From the NCBI GenBank assembly GCA_043228905.1, contig JBHGNT010000010.1, forward strand, positions 6,386,001-6,450,000: a stretch of 64,000 nt of DNA. Direction: 5' to 3'. Under the pieces are notes generated by a model. That model ran no database searches. It was not told where the DNA came from and saw only the letters and a list, made by a program, of their open reading frames with translations. The position numbers were made by a program, and so were the translations under genes. Origin of the DNA: Azolla caroliniana. Its lineage: Eukaryota > Plantae > Polypodiophyta. Below are positions 23,203 to 35,401 of the stretch, in pieces (position 1 is the first letter of the stretch; each line of letters starts with the position of its first letter).

Positions 23203-26200
23203 ATGCTTACCGCACACAACGTCGATGGGCAAGGGGTCTTAGCTCCACCGGATGAATATAGTGAAACTACCACTTCTCAGACAACCCCACATCAAGCCGG
23301 TGGTATCCCCTCATACGCTAGTCTATCGACAGGAATGACTTTCTCATACCCGCGTTTTAGTGGAGATAATGACGCCGAGGGACACGTTCGATCATTCCTC
23401 AACGTGTGGAACGCGAATCATCTGTCGCAGCGGCTTCAGGAAGCGGAAGCCCATGCATCAAAAATCGCCGAGTTCAGACTAACCTTGGATGGACGAGCGG
23501 CCCATTGGCATTCCCAGCTCGACATCATAGTGTTCGTAGCCTTCGACCACCTCCAATCCTCATTCTTACGATTGTTTCATCAAAGTATTCCCCAACGAGA
23601 GATCATTGGTCAGTTTTATACGACCAAACCACTGCCGCAAGAGTTCGTGGTTGACTTCAGCTTGCGGTTCCAGAGTTTATGTCGACAACTGACACGCGCT
23701 CCGACAGAGGATGAGGCCAAAGAAACATTTTTGGCAACATTACGTCGACCCTTCCGAACAACGTTAAATACGCAAAATCTCATGGGCCAAACGACGGATA
23801 CAGTCACAGAACGGGCCTTGTAGCTTGAGCTAGAAGAAGAGGACGATGGACTGTCTATGTCATCGCTAAGACACGCACTACCTAGGGACGAAGACTACCG
23901 TTTTCACCAAGCCATTCAATGCACGAGTTTCTTGAACTCAGGGCACTCCGCGATAGAGTGTAATATGCGGATAAACTACCCCAATTGTCATTAGCGAGCG
24001 CATACGGTGGACCAGTGCGAATATAACATGTTGAACAGGCCCACACCGACAGTTCGCCATATGTAGCCTCAAATGCAGTCCCTCCACAACGACCAAGGCC
24101 AACAGGAGGAGTGATACCATCACATGGAGCGGAGTCAGTGTGTGGAAAGGCCGTACCGTCACCGTCGCAATAACGACCCTTATTTCGACAAAGAGGAGCA
24201 GGAAGAAGTGGAGTATTAGAGAAACAATCGCTATAATCCGCGGGGAGGGCGCCGCGGTGATAACCGGCATCCCACCAACAATCGCGGCGGATAGGCGGGG
24301 CCGTGGACGTACAGAGGGAATCGCCAATCACGAAACCAATGCAATAACGAGGAAAGTTGGGAGGATGAACGACGCTAGGACAACCGTCGGGAGTATCACC
24401 AGAAGCCTCGCAACAACAAGCGATTTCAGTGAACCAGGGAAGAACATATGGCACTTGTGGAAATGACCACAATCCTGGTCGTGGAAAAAGGTGAGTGTAG
24501 TGTGCACTGTTTTATTTGCCAACAACCAGGTCATTACACAACTCAACGCCCAAGACGCGATAAAAGGAAAGGGCCAGCGGTGAATACGATTATGGCGGAC
24601 GTCCAACAGGTCACAACCCGAAGCAAGGCGAAAAACACGGAGTGGGAGGAACAAGATGAAATATGCAAAACGACACAGGCCTGGGTGGAGAAAGCAAATG
24701 CACATAATGGGGAACACATGCGGCAAGAGTCCGCAAACACCACTGCGCAAATGGACGACATGAGATTAACGCCAGATCCAATATGGCATGCATTGGCAGA
24801 CTGCGAAATTACACTAACCATGGACAAGCTATTACGACTTGTTTTGCGATTCCGAAAGACCGTGGAAAATCGCATACGGGGCACTGCCAGATTGGAGATT
24901 TCGGTTAATTACACTGAGTCAAGCTCAAGCCCAGTAGTGGTGGATCACCACAACCTAACCATCAAGGTGGTATTGCAAGGGAAAGAAATCACGGGATGCA
25001 TCATCGACGGGGGATCCGGGGTAAATGTGATCAGTAAAACCACATGTAACCACCTCGACATTACAGATTGGGAGGCGTTCCCATTCTGGCTCCAGATGGC
25101 AGACACTCGTTCCGTCAGACCACTAGGGTTGATTCGAAAACTAAGGATTGTAGTTGGCAATGATAGCTTTGAGATTTCCGCAGTAGTGTTAGCTTTGGAC
25201 GCCCTAAGGGCGTATTCGATCTTGTTAGGTAGACCATGGCTACGATATGCTAATATCAAGCAAAATTGGCAGCACAACTGCAGGAGACATCCGCACTTAT
25301 GAAAGCCATAACACCACTTTATGTAGAAGAAATTAACATGTTGGAAGGGTTGGAGGATATAGAACGGATAATACCGTTCGAAATAGACGTCCTCGAGACC
25401 ACTAGTGAGTACGGTCCAATGAGTGCACTGAAAGAGGATGAGTACGAACCAGATCCTGAATCCATGTTGGTGCTAAGTTGAGCATGTGAGGAATTCGAGA
25501 GGGAGATGGAAATCTCCTAAAAGGTCACAACTTCGGTTTTGGAGGATATTAATGTAGGGTCCGCCGAAGCCCCGAGGCTACTATCGATCGCAAAGGACCT
25601 GATGCCAAGTGAAAAAATGGCCATGACCAATGTGTTATGGGAATTTAAAGATTTCTTCGCATGGTTGCATGAAGACATGAAAGGTCTTGACCCAAAATTC
25701 TATTAGCACAAAATTAACTTGGCCACGAATGCGAAACCCGTTTAGCAAAGACGTTATCGCATGAACCCAAATTACGCGGCACGCATAAAAGAGGAAATTC
25801 ACAAGCTCTTAAAAGCTGGGTTCATTCGGCCGATTAAACAAGCAACATGGCTTAGCCCAATCGTGGTCGTACCAAAGAAAAACGGTAAAATATGGGTATG
25901 CGTCGATTATCGTAAGTGGAGCGCAGTCACCATCACTAACGCATTTCCCTTGCCATTTACGGATAGCGTACTAGACGCAGTCGCAGGCCACGACATGTAT
26001 AGTTTTTTGGATGGATTTAGCAGGCATAACCAAGTACACATGCACCCGGAGGACCAGGAGGTCATGATGTTCGGACTAAAGATAGCCCCCGCTACGTTCC
26101 AGCGAGATCTTTGGTGACTATATCCCTGCGTTAATGCAAGTCTTTCTCGACGACTTTGCAGTGTATGGGACGCACGGGGATCACTTGGGCCATCTCAGGT

Positions 26201-28336
26201 TGTGTTTGGAACGGTGCCGTACTTCGCGCCTCAACCTTAACCCAGCTAAGTGCGCGTTCGGGGTCACAAGCGGAACCCTTCTCGATCTTATCGTGAGCAA
26301 GGATGGTATTGCTGCAGTGGATCCCAACAAAATCAATGCCATTATCGAAGCAAAAACCCCTAGTAATGCAAAGGCCCTTAGCCAGTTCTTGGGGAAAATC
26401 CGCTGGCACAACCGTATGCTTCGCTATTTGGCGGATTTCGCAACTCCCTTATACGCCGCAATGCACCATACACCATATACATGGATGGCAACCGAGGATA
26501 AGGCATAGGAAGCACTAAAAGTAATGTTGAAACAAGCTCCCCTGGTACAACCTTCGGAGTGGTTAAAATGATTCCACGTATTTGTAGATGCCTCCGACGT
26601 AGCAATAGGCAACACACTTATGTAGCTCATCGAGCCTAGTTGGTACTGACCGGTGTACTATTCTAACCGCAAATTTTTAGATGCGGAGCGTAACTATTCG
26701 ACAACGAAGCACGAAGCTCTAGAAATGATCTACAACATTAATAAATTCCAACATTATCTATTAGGTCGAAAATTCACGTTTCATGTGGATCACGCCACCT
26801 TACTATATCTAGTCGCAAAAAAATCCTTAACTGGGAAACTAGCCCGATGGATGCTGCTCTTGCAGCAGTTTGAATTTGAAATCCAACATCGACTAGGAAC
26901 ACAACACGCCATAGCGGATTATTAAAGTAGGATCGATAAAGACGATGATGCAATACATAGACAAGATGATTTTCCAGATGCCAACATTTTGCGGATTGCG
27001 ACAACTGGGACAAAAGAAGACAAGAATTTCCCGAATTGGTGGCTGATGGAAATGACATACTTCTTAAGCACGGGACTACCAGCGCCGCAACTAAGAACGG
27101 AAGAAAAGAAAAGACTCGCGGTACGAAGCCAAAATTTCTGCCTAATCGAAGGCATCTTATACCACAAAGGGAGCCATGGTATTTGGCGGTGAGGCATACG
27201 ACAGGATGAGAAAAATGTGGTATTATGGGAGGCTCATTGCGGTACGACAGAAGGCTATTACGTAGGGGATGTCACGGCCTGGAAAGTATGGCAAGCAGTT
27301 TTGTGGTGGCCAACTACACAAAGAGATGCGTACAGATACTGCAAAGAGTGCGACCTCTGCAGGCAGATGGGCCAACCAACGAAGCTGGCGCGGATGGCCC
27401 ACAAGCCGGTGCTTCCACTTGAACCTTTCCAGAAATGGGGCCTCGATTCTGTCGGGCCCTTTTCACCAACAATGGTTAGTAGCCACGGATTACTGTATGA
27501 AATGGGTGGAGGTAAAAGCTTTACAAGATAACACCTCAACGTCTACGACAAATTTTTTATACAAACAGATTTGGTGCTGTTTTGGCTGACCGATCCAGTT
27601 CATCAACGACCAAGGAAGCCATTTCTTGAATAGGGTCATTCATGATCTCACGAAACATTACACCGTGGTTCACAAGAAGAGTATGTCGTATAATCCTCAG
27701 GCGAACGGGTTGACATAGTCGACGAACAAAACACTTCAGAATATCTTGAAAAAGATCATCAATGATAACCGAACGGATTGGGACACGGAGTTACATAGCA
27801 CCTTATGGGCTTACCGCACGAGCTACAAAACCAGAGTGCAGTCAACACCATTCCGACTGGCGTTCAGGATGGAAGCCCTAATGCCTATTGAGTTTCAGAT
27901 ACCCAGCTTATGCATACAAGTCCGCGAAAGGCTTTCGGAGGGCCAGTCCGAACAAATACGGTTACAAAAATTACTCGAATTAGGTGAAACTAGGGTCCAC
28001 AATATGGCGATCCTTGAACACGGGCAACAACGGCGGAAGGCTTTTGCGGACCGACACCGTGGCACCAATGAGAAACACTTTAAAATTGGGAAAGCAATCT
28101 TAGTTTTCCAAACACGCATGGGACAAATGCCGGGGAAACAACGGTTCCGATGGACAGGGCCGTACTGGATAATCGGGGCTGAGAACGGGACATTCGAATT
28201 AGGTACCCTTGCAGGCGAAGTTTTGCGTCAGAAAGTCAAAGGGTTTCGCCTAAAGCCGTATTTGGGACCCACACCACCAAATCCGTTTTGCGCCGATAAA
28301 GATAATCCGTCCATTTGTCCACGCAACGACCAGTAA
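23203..28336 (+). pseudogene. gag-pol: gag-pol of element B, disrupted
   Basis: YPRFSGDNDAEGHVRSF (gag); CFICQQPGHY (knuckle); IIDGGSGVN (PR); SPIVVVPKKNGK..CVDYR and FLDD (RT); VDASD and ERNYST (RH); FQKWGLD and RWTGPYWI...FRLKPY (INT). Confidence 0.92.
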
Positions 28337-28721
28337 ATGGGACCCACTAGTAAATATGTAACATTAATGTGTACTATACCGTTAGGTATGAAATGAAAGA
28401 AAAAAAAAAGGAAAAAGAAAGAAAGAGAGAAAACAATCACGACTATTAAAGGGACTTCATGGATGCACACTTTCCAAAAAGAGAACACGCGTCAGCACAA
28501 TGATGCACAGAACCATGAACCCTAACTAAAAAAAGAAGGACAATAGACGATTCTTTGCACATCATAGAAAACAGTCTCAAGCCTTTTTGCTCTTCGCGCT
28601 CTCCTCGCTCTCCTCGCGCTCTTCACTCTCCTTGCTCCCCACCTTACGTGAGACACCATGGTCGGATCAGCTTGCGATCCTTACCTCCTAGTCGCTTTCC
28701 TCACACACCTTGCCAAGACAA

Positions 28722-30420
28722 CATGCCTATCCTCATCTCCTCAGCTCTGCGGTGATGGCTCCTCGAGAAAGGCTTCGAAGGCTACATCCGGGTAGTAGAA
28801 GCCCCACCACACCCCGATGCACAAGAGGTCACCAAAAAACTCAATATCGACATGATCACGAATGCTAGCATCAGGAAGAAGTTGGGTTTATCCGGAATGG
28901 GTGAACAACACTTCAAAATCCCCCCCGCAGAAGCCCTCGAACAGTATTTTGGAGAATACTAAAACTCCGCAAAGGCCTATAGAACACGGGATATCCCGAA
29001 CCCATTTTTTTAGGAAGTGGCGAAGTTTTTGCTGGAAGTAGGTTGCGTACACATCAATGCCTATGGGATGCTGAAGTAGAAAGCCGGCATCATCATTGAC
29101 ACATTCGAAGGACATTCCGTAGAGTGGGGAGTTATTACGGGGCCAACATTGAGGGAGGGCCTACACGCGTTTCAGGATGGAAAGAAGCTTCTCCCAATCA
29201 TCCAACAATACTATTCCCTCCCCGCGGCCTCCCCGCCCCAGAAACAAGCCGTGAAACGCCTACGCCACGGTCAACAAAACATGTCGTAGATTCCACCTTT
29301 GCAGAGGACACTATGACATTAGAGCTCATATTCGAACCGTGACCAATAATAACCGCTCAATCGCAATGCGGTAAGGGCGTACTGACGGCGGAGAGGGAAG
29401 TGTTGTCATACCTTGACATCCCGGACACGGCCCATGAATTCCGCGCACTCTTGCAATTTGGCACAATGTACGAACTCATGGAGTTTCTGGTGACATAACA
29501 AATAAAAGTGTCTCAGCGAATGGCAGATGAGCACGCCGAACTACAGATGATGGAGCGTGCACTGACCCAAATGGCGGAAAGCGAAGATGAAGGACCCCTC
29601 GCACGGATAGGACGGAAACACAACGCGGGGGTTCATCACGTAGGAATCAAACTCCCTCCACTCAACACGGCCTTAGTAGAGGCCCATAGGGAGTTCGCAA
29701 AAGTCACCTTGGGCACCAAAGATATGGCGATTAAAAACAAAAACGTTTGGAAAACAGTGAAAATAACCCAGGAGCAGTTAAACAAAGCACAGGAGCACAT
29801 TACGCAGTTGGAGAATAGTGCGCGCACGACGCAACAAGCACCGACTCCTACCTCCTAGGCCATCGAAGTACAGACCTTGCGGGAGGAGGTAGAGGCTCAA
29901 GAGGCGAAAGCTAAAAGGGCTACAGAGCTAGCCGAATTAGAAATTGGCTGCCTTAGATAAGAATTCCGCTAGTCTTTAGACAAAGAGGCGGACATTCGAG
30001 GAAAAGGACGCAAGGCGGTCAAGACGATTCAGGACAAGCTCAACGCCGAAATAGCAGCACATGGCCGAACAAAGGAAGAGAGGGACAAGCTTCACGAAGA
30101 AGGAAACAAGATGGAAATCAACATTACGGTGTTATGCGAAGCGACCCAGAAAAACCGAGAGTGGTATGACGAATAGATTGAGAATGAGCACCAACTCCTT
30201 CCAAGAAGAACCACGTCCAGAAACATGCTTACTGCAACCGCCGGAGCTACAAAGCAACCTTGACCATACCTCCACATGCACGAACCATGAGATATGGCTA
30301 GAGCCGCCCACAGAGACACTACGAGAATAAATGCCGGTCAAGCCACAAATTGACGAGCCTAGCCACGTTACGGCGCCACCGGTTACGACAAGCAACGATG
30401 AGCGCCCAAAGCCAAATATC
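28722..30420 (+). pseudogene. Extra 3' ORF of unknown function (conserved N-terminal domain plus coiled coil), disrupted
   Basis: MPILISSALR*WLLEKGFEGYIRVVEAPPHPDAQE... is homologous to the ORF starting at 35401 (-) in element C. Confidence 0.7.
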
Positions 30421-31699
30421 CTCGATATTTTGGACAACGAGTAAAGAGAGGATGGGTCCGATGTGCCACGACACTATCCCACAAGCGTGCCAATGTTGTC
30501 CTCCGGAAGCGGACTAGTGGGAAAAAGAGTGAAGAAAAGAACAAGAAGCGTATTATTATAGTAGGAGAGTTAAAAGAACGCATGTAACGGATTACACAGG
30601 AAGCATAACCGACTATGCCTTATGTATATAAAGGGCATAGGAACATTGTACAAGCTAGCATAGTTTTGGAGCATACGTTCTCTAATATAGTATTGTCTTC
30701 TCTGATCTCTGTCTTGAGTCTCCCTTGCCTCTGACTCTGTGTCGATACATAGCGTAATTGTCTAAAGGTTAGTAGCGCGTCTGTGTTCGTCTACGCACAG
30801 TAGGAAGGAGCTCGGTTGTAGCCATCTCCAGTTCACGAACAACCTTGACGAATAGTGAGTGACGCTCTATCCTTATAATACGATGTAGCTATGCATCGTA
30901 CACAAATCCATTCTCTGTACCACGATCTCATTGAACCTACCCCGAAGGACTGAGGGTAGGTTGTGTTCCTTGCATGTTGCATAATTGCAATATTCGGCCA
31001 ATCCCCCTCCATATTTGATGCATGTTTTCCTACTTGGAAACAACATTTATGATGATGAGAGAATTCAATAAGATTCCTGATGTTATCTCCTTCTTAGGGA
31101 TACACCTTTGATTACTCCCTTGAGTAATCGGGTCAAAGGATCGTGGTTACGTAGGAGGGTACGATAAGGCCGAGTAGGCCGATCAATTATACAATAACCG
31201 GCCACAACTGGTATTCTACTAACAACTTAAGAGTAGCTGAATCGACAATACAAATTACAGAGTAGACACAGAGATGACCCAATAAGTATACGTATTGATT
31301 ATGAAATAAAATCGATTATGAGGCAACACTAGCCGATTATATTAGTCACTCTCTCTCTTATAACATAACATATGCATATATACTCGTGCCCCCTTCCATT
31401 AGTTGTTCCATGATTTATATAGCTTGTTCTCTCCTTGGTGTGTTTCAGCTACTTCCCCTAATTCACGGCCTTTATTCTCGGCTCCATCTATTTCATTTTA
31501 CTTTCCTCGACTACAAGTGCTCGGTCGGTTCCTTTTTACCTACTTGACCTATTCGTCTCTTTAGATTCATTTCATATCTCTTGACCTTTTTCCCAGGGAT
31601 AACACCTGGCACGCCTGTAGGACATTGCCTTGCACGTCGAACCCAAAAAATTTGCCTTAAAAAAAATCAAAATTGTGAAATGGAGAAAAGAGCTGAAAA

Positions 31700-34600
31700 T
31701 TACCATTGTACTCTAAGTCTTCTTCCAAATTTGATGTGATGCCCTCCGATTGCTCCGACTCCCTTGGTTTGAGATCGGCCGTCAAATCGGCCCTTTGCTT
31801 CGGTTTGCTCCACCGGCTCTTGAGGCGCTTCCTCATGTTTTGGCTCTTCCACGTGGAAATCGGCCGACAAATCGAACTGTTGGTCTGTAATTTCCTCCGC
31901 GGTGTTCCTAGTCCCTTCCTCCTGCTTTGTCTCTGTGATATGTTCAACCACTTGTTCCTTTTCTAGGCTCAAGTGCATCCCCTCTTCTTATTTTGGCCCC
32001 TGGGCTGCTTCTTAGTTCTACTATCTACTTCTTTAGTCATGTGGCTTCTTCTTCTTTCTCGGCTCAGAGGCGTTCATGTTCATAGCCTTCTATTTCAATC
32101 GTGAGCAATAGCTGATCATCATTAAATTCTTCAAGGAGATTCTTGATGGCCGTGGTGTGTGTGTGGGCCATGGGCTTGGAATTCCTTGATGAGGTCTTCT
32201 TGGAGGATCTGAATGCTATTCTCATCCATCTTGTAAAAACCACGACCCTCTTTTTTTCAATTTTTGGCATCTACTCGGAAGACCTGTAACTCAACAGCTT
32301 GAGCCGACCATTCATTCCATCCGCGAGTGAGTGCTTCATCAACTTTTTGATTCACTTTAGTCGGTGCTTCACCACTAGTCCTTCACTCAGGTTTCACCCA
32401 TTTCATATTTGGCACGGAGGATGTCCAATTCTTCTTTAGCCATCATGATGTTCTTTTTGAGCTTGGCTTTGAGGATCTCGCACGATACAATAACTTCAAG
32501 GAGCTTTTTCTCCTTTTCCTTCATATGTAGGTCGTAGTGTCGAAGGAGGCGATCTGAATTATTGGCTAACTCTTGCAGATATTGGTCCCACTGTTGTTTG
32601 AGTTCGAGCGTTGTGGAGATTTGCAATTGGTGGAGGAACTCCGACAATGTATATTTCTCCTACTTGGCTTCGTCGAACATTGGAAGGTGCCGACTGGAAC
32701 GAATCAAAAGTTCCAAGAGTTCATTTTGCAGAGGTAGGAGTTCTTCGGATTGTTGGTTGTATGCCTGTTGATGCCCTTCGTCAACTTTGGCTAATTTGGC
32801 TGTCGCGAGCGGCCTTGAGAGATGTGGTGGCTTTCCTTTCCGTCTATTGAAGCCGAGTCGTTCATGCATTGAGCAATTGTTGGAGTTCTACTTCATGTTC
32901 TGCTTCATGCGCCCATAGTTCGTTGGCTTCTCCTTTAGCCACTTCATAGCGTTCTTTTGCTTTCTCGGCGATTGCCGATTGCGTCGCAGGCTCCTCCTTG
33001 TAATTGGGTGTTGGGTCCTCGACCGTTTCCGTGGTTGGCATCGAGTCGGTTGTGTGTTCGGTCTGTGTGGACACATCCACATGATTGGAAACAAGGGGTG
33101 ATAGGGCAAGAAGATTGGTTTTCCCAAATTCTTTGAGCCATTGTCCCAACTCAAGTCAGTAGGTTCTTCGAAGCCTACCACAAGTCGGTAGCCTTTTTGG
33201 CTTATTTGTGAGCTTGTTTGTTGCTGATTGCCATGTTGTTGGCAATGCGGGTTGCTTTCTCCAATTCGCGGTAAACCTCGACCAAGGCCATGTTGATGTC
33301 CTCTAGCTCGATCCGAGCACGACGAGTTTTGGTTACACACTTCTGGCCGATCTTTTGTAGTTGTGGCTCCTCGTCTTATTCGAGCTCGTTGGCTATCACC
33401 AGCTAGACTATTTGTTGTTCGACATGGTCTTGGGCCATGCGTGCTGTGGCAGCAACCTAGAGGTGAGCAAGAAAGTCGATTAACTCATACGCCATGCTGT
33501 GTTGTAAGATCACCCCGATCTCGTAGGACTTGGCAGGCATGTCCTTGAAGGTCATCACTTCTTCCTTCGAGAATCGGGAAGGTTGCCCTTACTCTGTATT
33601 TCCTGTCAAGGACAAAGCCTTGTTGGTGACGACGACAACTGTCTTTTCGGGCGCGATGATCAGTTGCCGGTTCTTGGCAGAGGAGTCCCCTTGAGTTTCC
33701 TCTTCACTTCGTTGTTGCAACTTGTGACACTTCTTTGCGGGGCTCATTTGTGAGGACGCCTTCACTTGTGTTGATTCCTCGAGGAGCCGTTTTGTTTTCC
33801 CCATGGTTGACCGGCTGCTTTCAGTGGTGGTTGTTCGGGTCTCCTCCTGAAGGTCCGGTCGCGGGTTAGCCAACTTGAGTTTCGATTTTTCTACTGGGGT
33901 CAATCGGTTTTTCCACTGGGGTATCTAGCTTAGGTTTTTCGCTCACCCTTATGGTGATGTCTTCTACTTTTTGCGGCTTGGAATTAGGTATCGACAGTGG
34001 CGAGTTTCGGGTTCGGACAGGCGTATCATCGTGCCATTCTTCCTAAGCTAATTGTAAAGCTTGTTGTCGTTTCACATGAGTGGATGGGGCGGGGAGGGTA
34101 AGGGTTTGGCATGGTCTGGCAAGGGATTATATGCTAAAGCATGTAAGAACTATTTCCCTTCCTGAAAAGCCAACAAGCGGGTGAGAAGTTCTTCCCCAGT
34201 AATGATTCCCCAATCGATGGCACCGCCTCTATAAGTGGTGATGATTATCCCTGTCTTTTTCTTTTGCATACTATACGCATTGCCGTGTACACAGCCGAAC
34301 TCCAACATAAATCAGGCCAAATCTCCAAAACACTCGTTAGGCCCTCCTTGTGTCTGATACGTTGTCAGGTTAATTGTGGTTCGTGTGGAGAAGTCACAGG
34401 GACCAAGGTTAAAGAGAGTTGGCTAAATTTATATAAGGCTTATGCATTGATGTGAGAAAGATTAAGAATAAGAAGAAGAAGAAGAGTTTAAAGTAATGTG
34501 AGAGAGAGGCGAGCATAGATAAGAGATAGAGACGATGTATGATTTCAAAAGCAAAAGTATATGATACGAACATGTTTTATATTAAGAATACAACATGTTA

Positions 34601-35401
34601 CCAACTTTACAATGCTTGATCGCAAGATAAAACTTTTCTCTTCCAAATTCCGACTTGAACCCTCGACTTAAATGTTAAGAGATAATAAACTTCCCAAATG
34701 AGTTAGCTTGTTTGTTTGATTATATCATTTTCTAACTTTCTCTTGATTTTGTCCCTTACTTGATTCCCCTCTTTTTATAGGTGTCCCCATGCGTGTGAGG
34801 GTACAAGACATGCATGCAATGTGATGCATGATAGACATCTCGCTCATTTGAGCTTTCATGTATGAAAATAGACATGGGATAAGTATAATCTTGGAAATAT
34901 AATTCTAAAAACAAATAACTTATCCTAGTGGTATATAAGGTCGTGGGTTCAAGTCTCTCAAATGTTCTCAATACAATATTTTAGTTTATTTTTATATCCT
35001 TTACGACAACTTCAAAACAAATAACTTAACCTAGTGGTATGTACTTCATGCTTGGTGTGTGAGGTTATTGGTTTAAGTCTCTAAAACATTATTGAATACA
35101 ATATTTAAGTTCATTTTTATATCGTGAAGCACATCCTTCACGACAACGCCTTTGCCGACACCGAGTACTCCCCGAAATGCGTTTCGAGGATAGTCTAAGG
35201 CAGAGCATCGATGTCATGTTCTCCCCCGCGCTGCAAGCCCAACACCCACTGGTTCTGATTGTTGGTGATGGTGTTTGGATGCATGCGGCGTCCATTTTCT
35301 TGTGCTTCGAGATGGGGAGGTGCACCCACTACTCTGAGATATCCATCCAGGCCGTGCCTATTCAACCAGATGCGGAGCTCCTTGGAAACTTTGAGCGACA
35401 T
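31700..35401 (-). pseudogene. Extra 3' ORF of element C, disrupted and interrupted by a solo LTR
   Basis: MSLKVSKELRIWLNRHGLDGYLRVVGAPPHLEAQE... followed by FMLEFGCVHGNAYSMQKKKTGIIITTYRGGAIDWGIITG, then an E/K/Q-rich coiled-coil region. Confidence 0.7.
34363..35145 (-). mobile_element. Solo LTR inside the extra ORF of element C
   Basis: TGTCAGG...CACGACA. The host frame (SAKA|YQTQG) resumes across it. Degenerate TSD (ACGT/ACGCC). Its TATA region matches 60470-60580 in reverse. Confidence 0.8.

Larger units (their letters stand above)
22515..30970 (+). mobile_element. Non-chromoviral Ty3/gypsy element (Athila/Tat/Phygy-like), element B, with an extra 3' ORF
   Basis: LTRs at 22515-23001 and 30494-30970 (the last ~11 bp are missing). 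TGTTGTCC...GGGTAACA termini. PBS at 23006-23019. gag-PR-RT-RH-INT, no chromodomain. Confidence 0.93.

Noticed and set aside
23882-24884. Antisense ORFs over gag of element B and other shadow ORFs over pol regions
   Set aside because: They are reverse-frame shadows of recognisable retroelement coding sequence.
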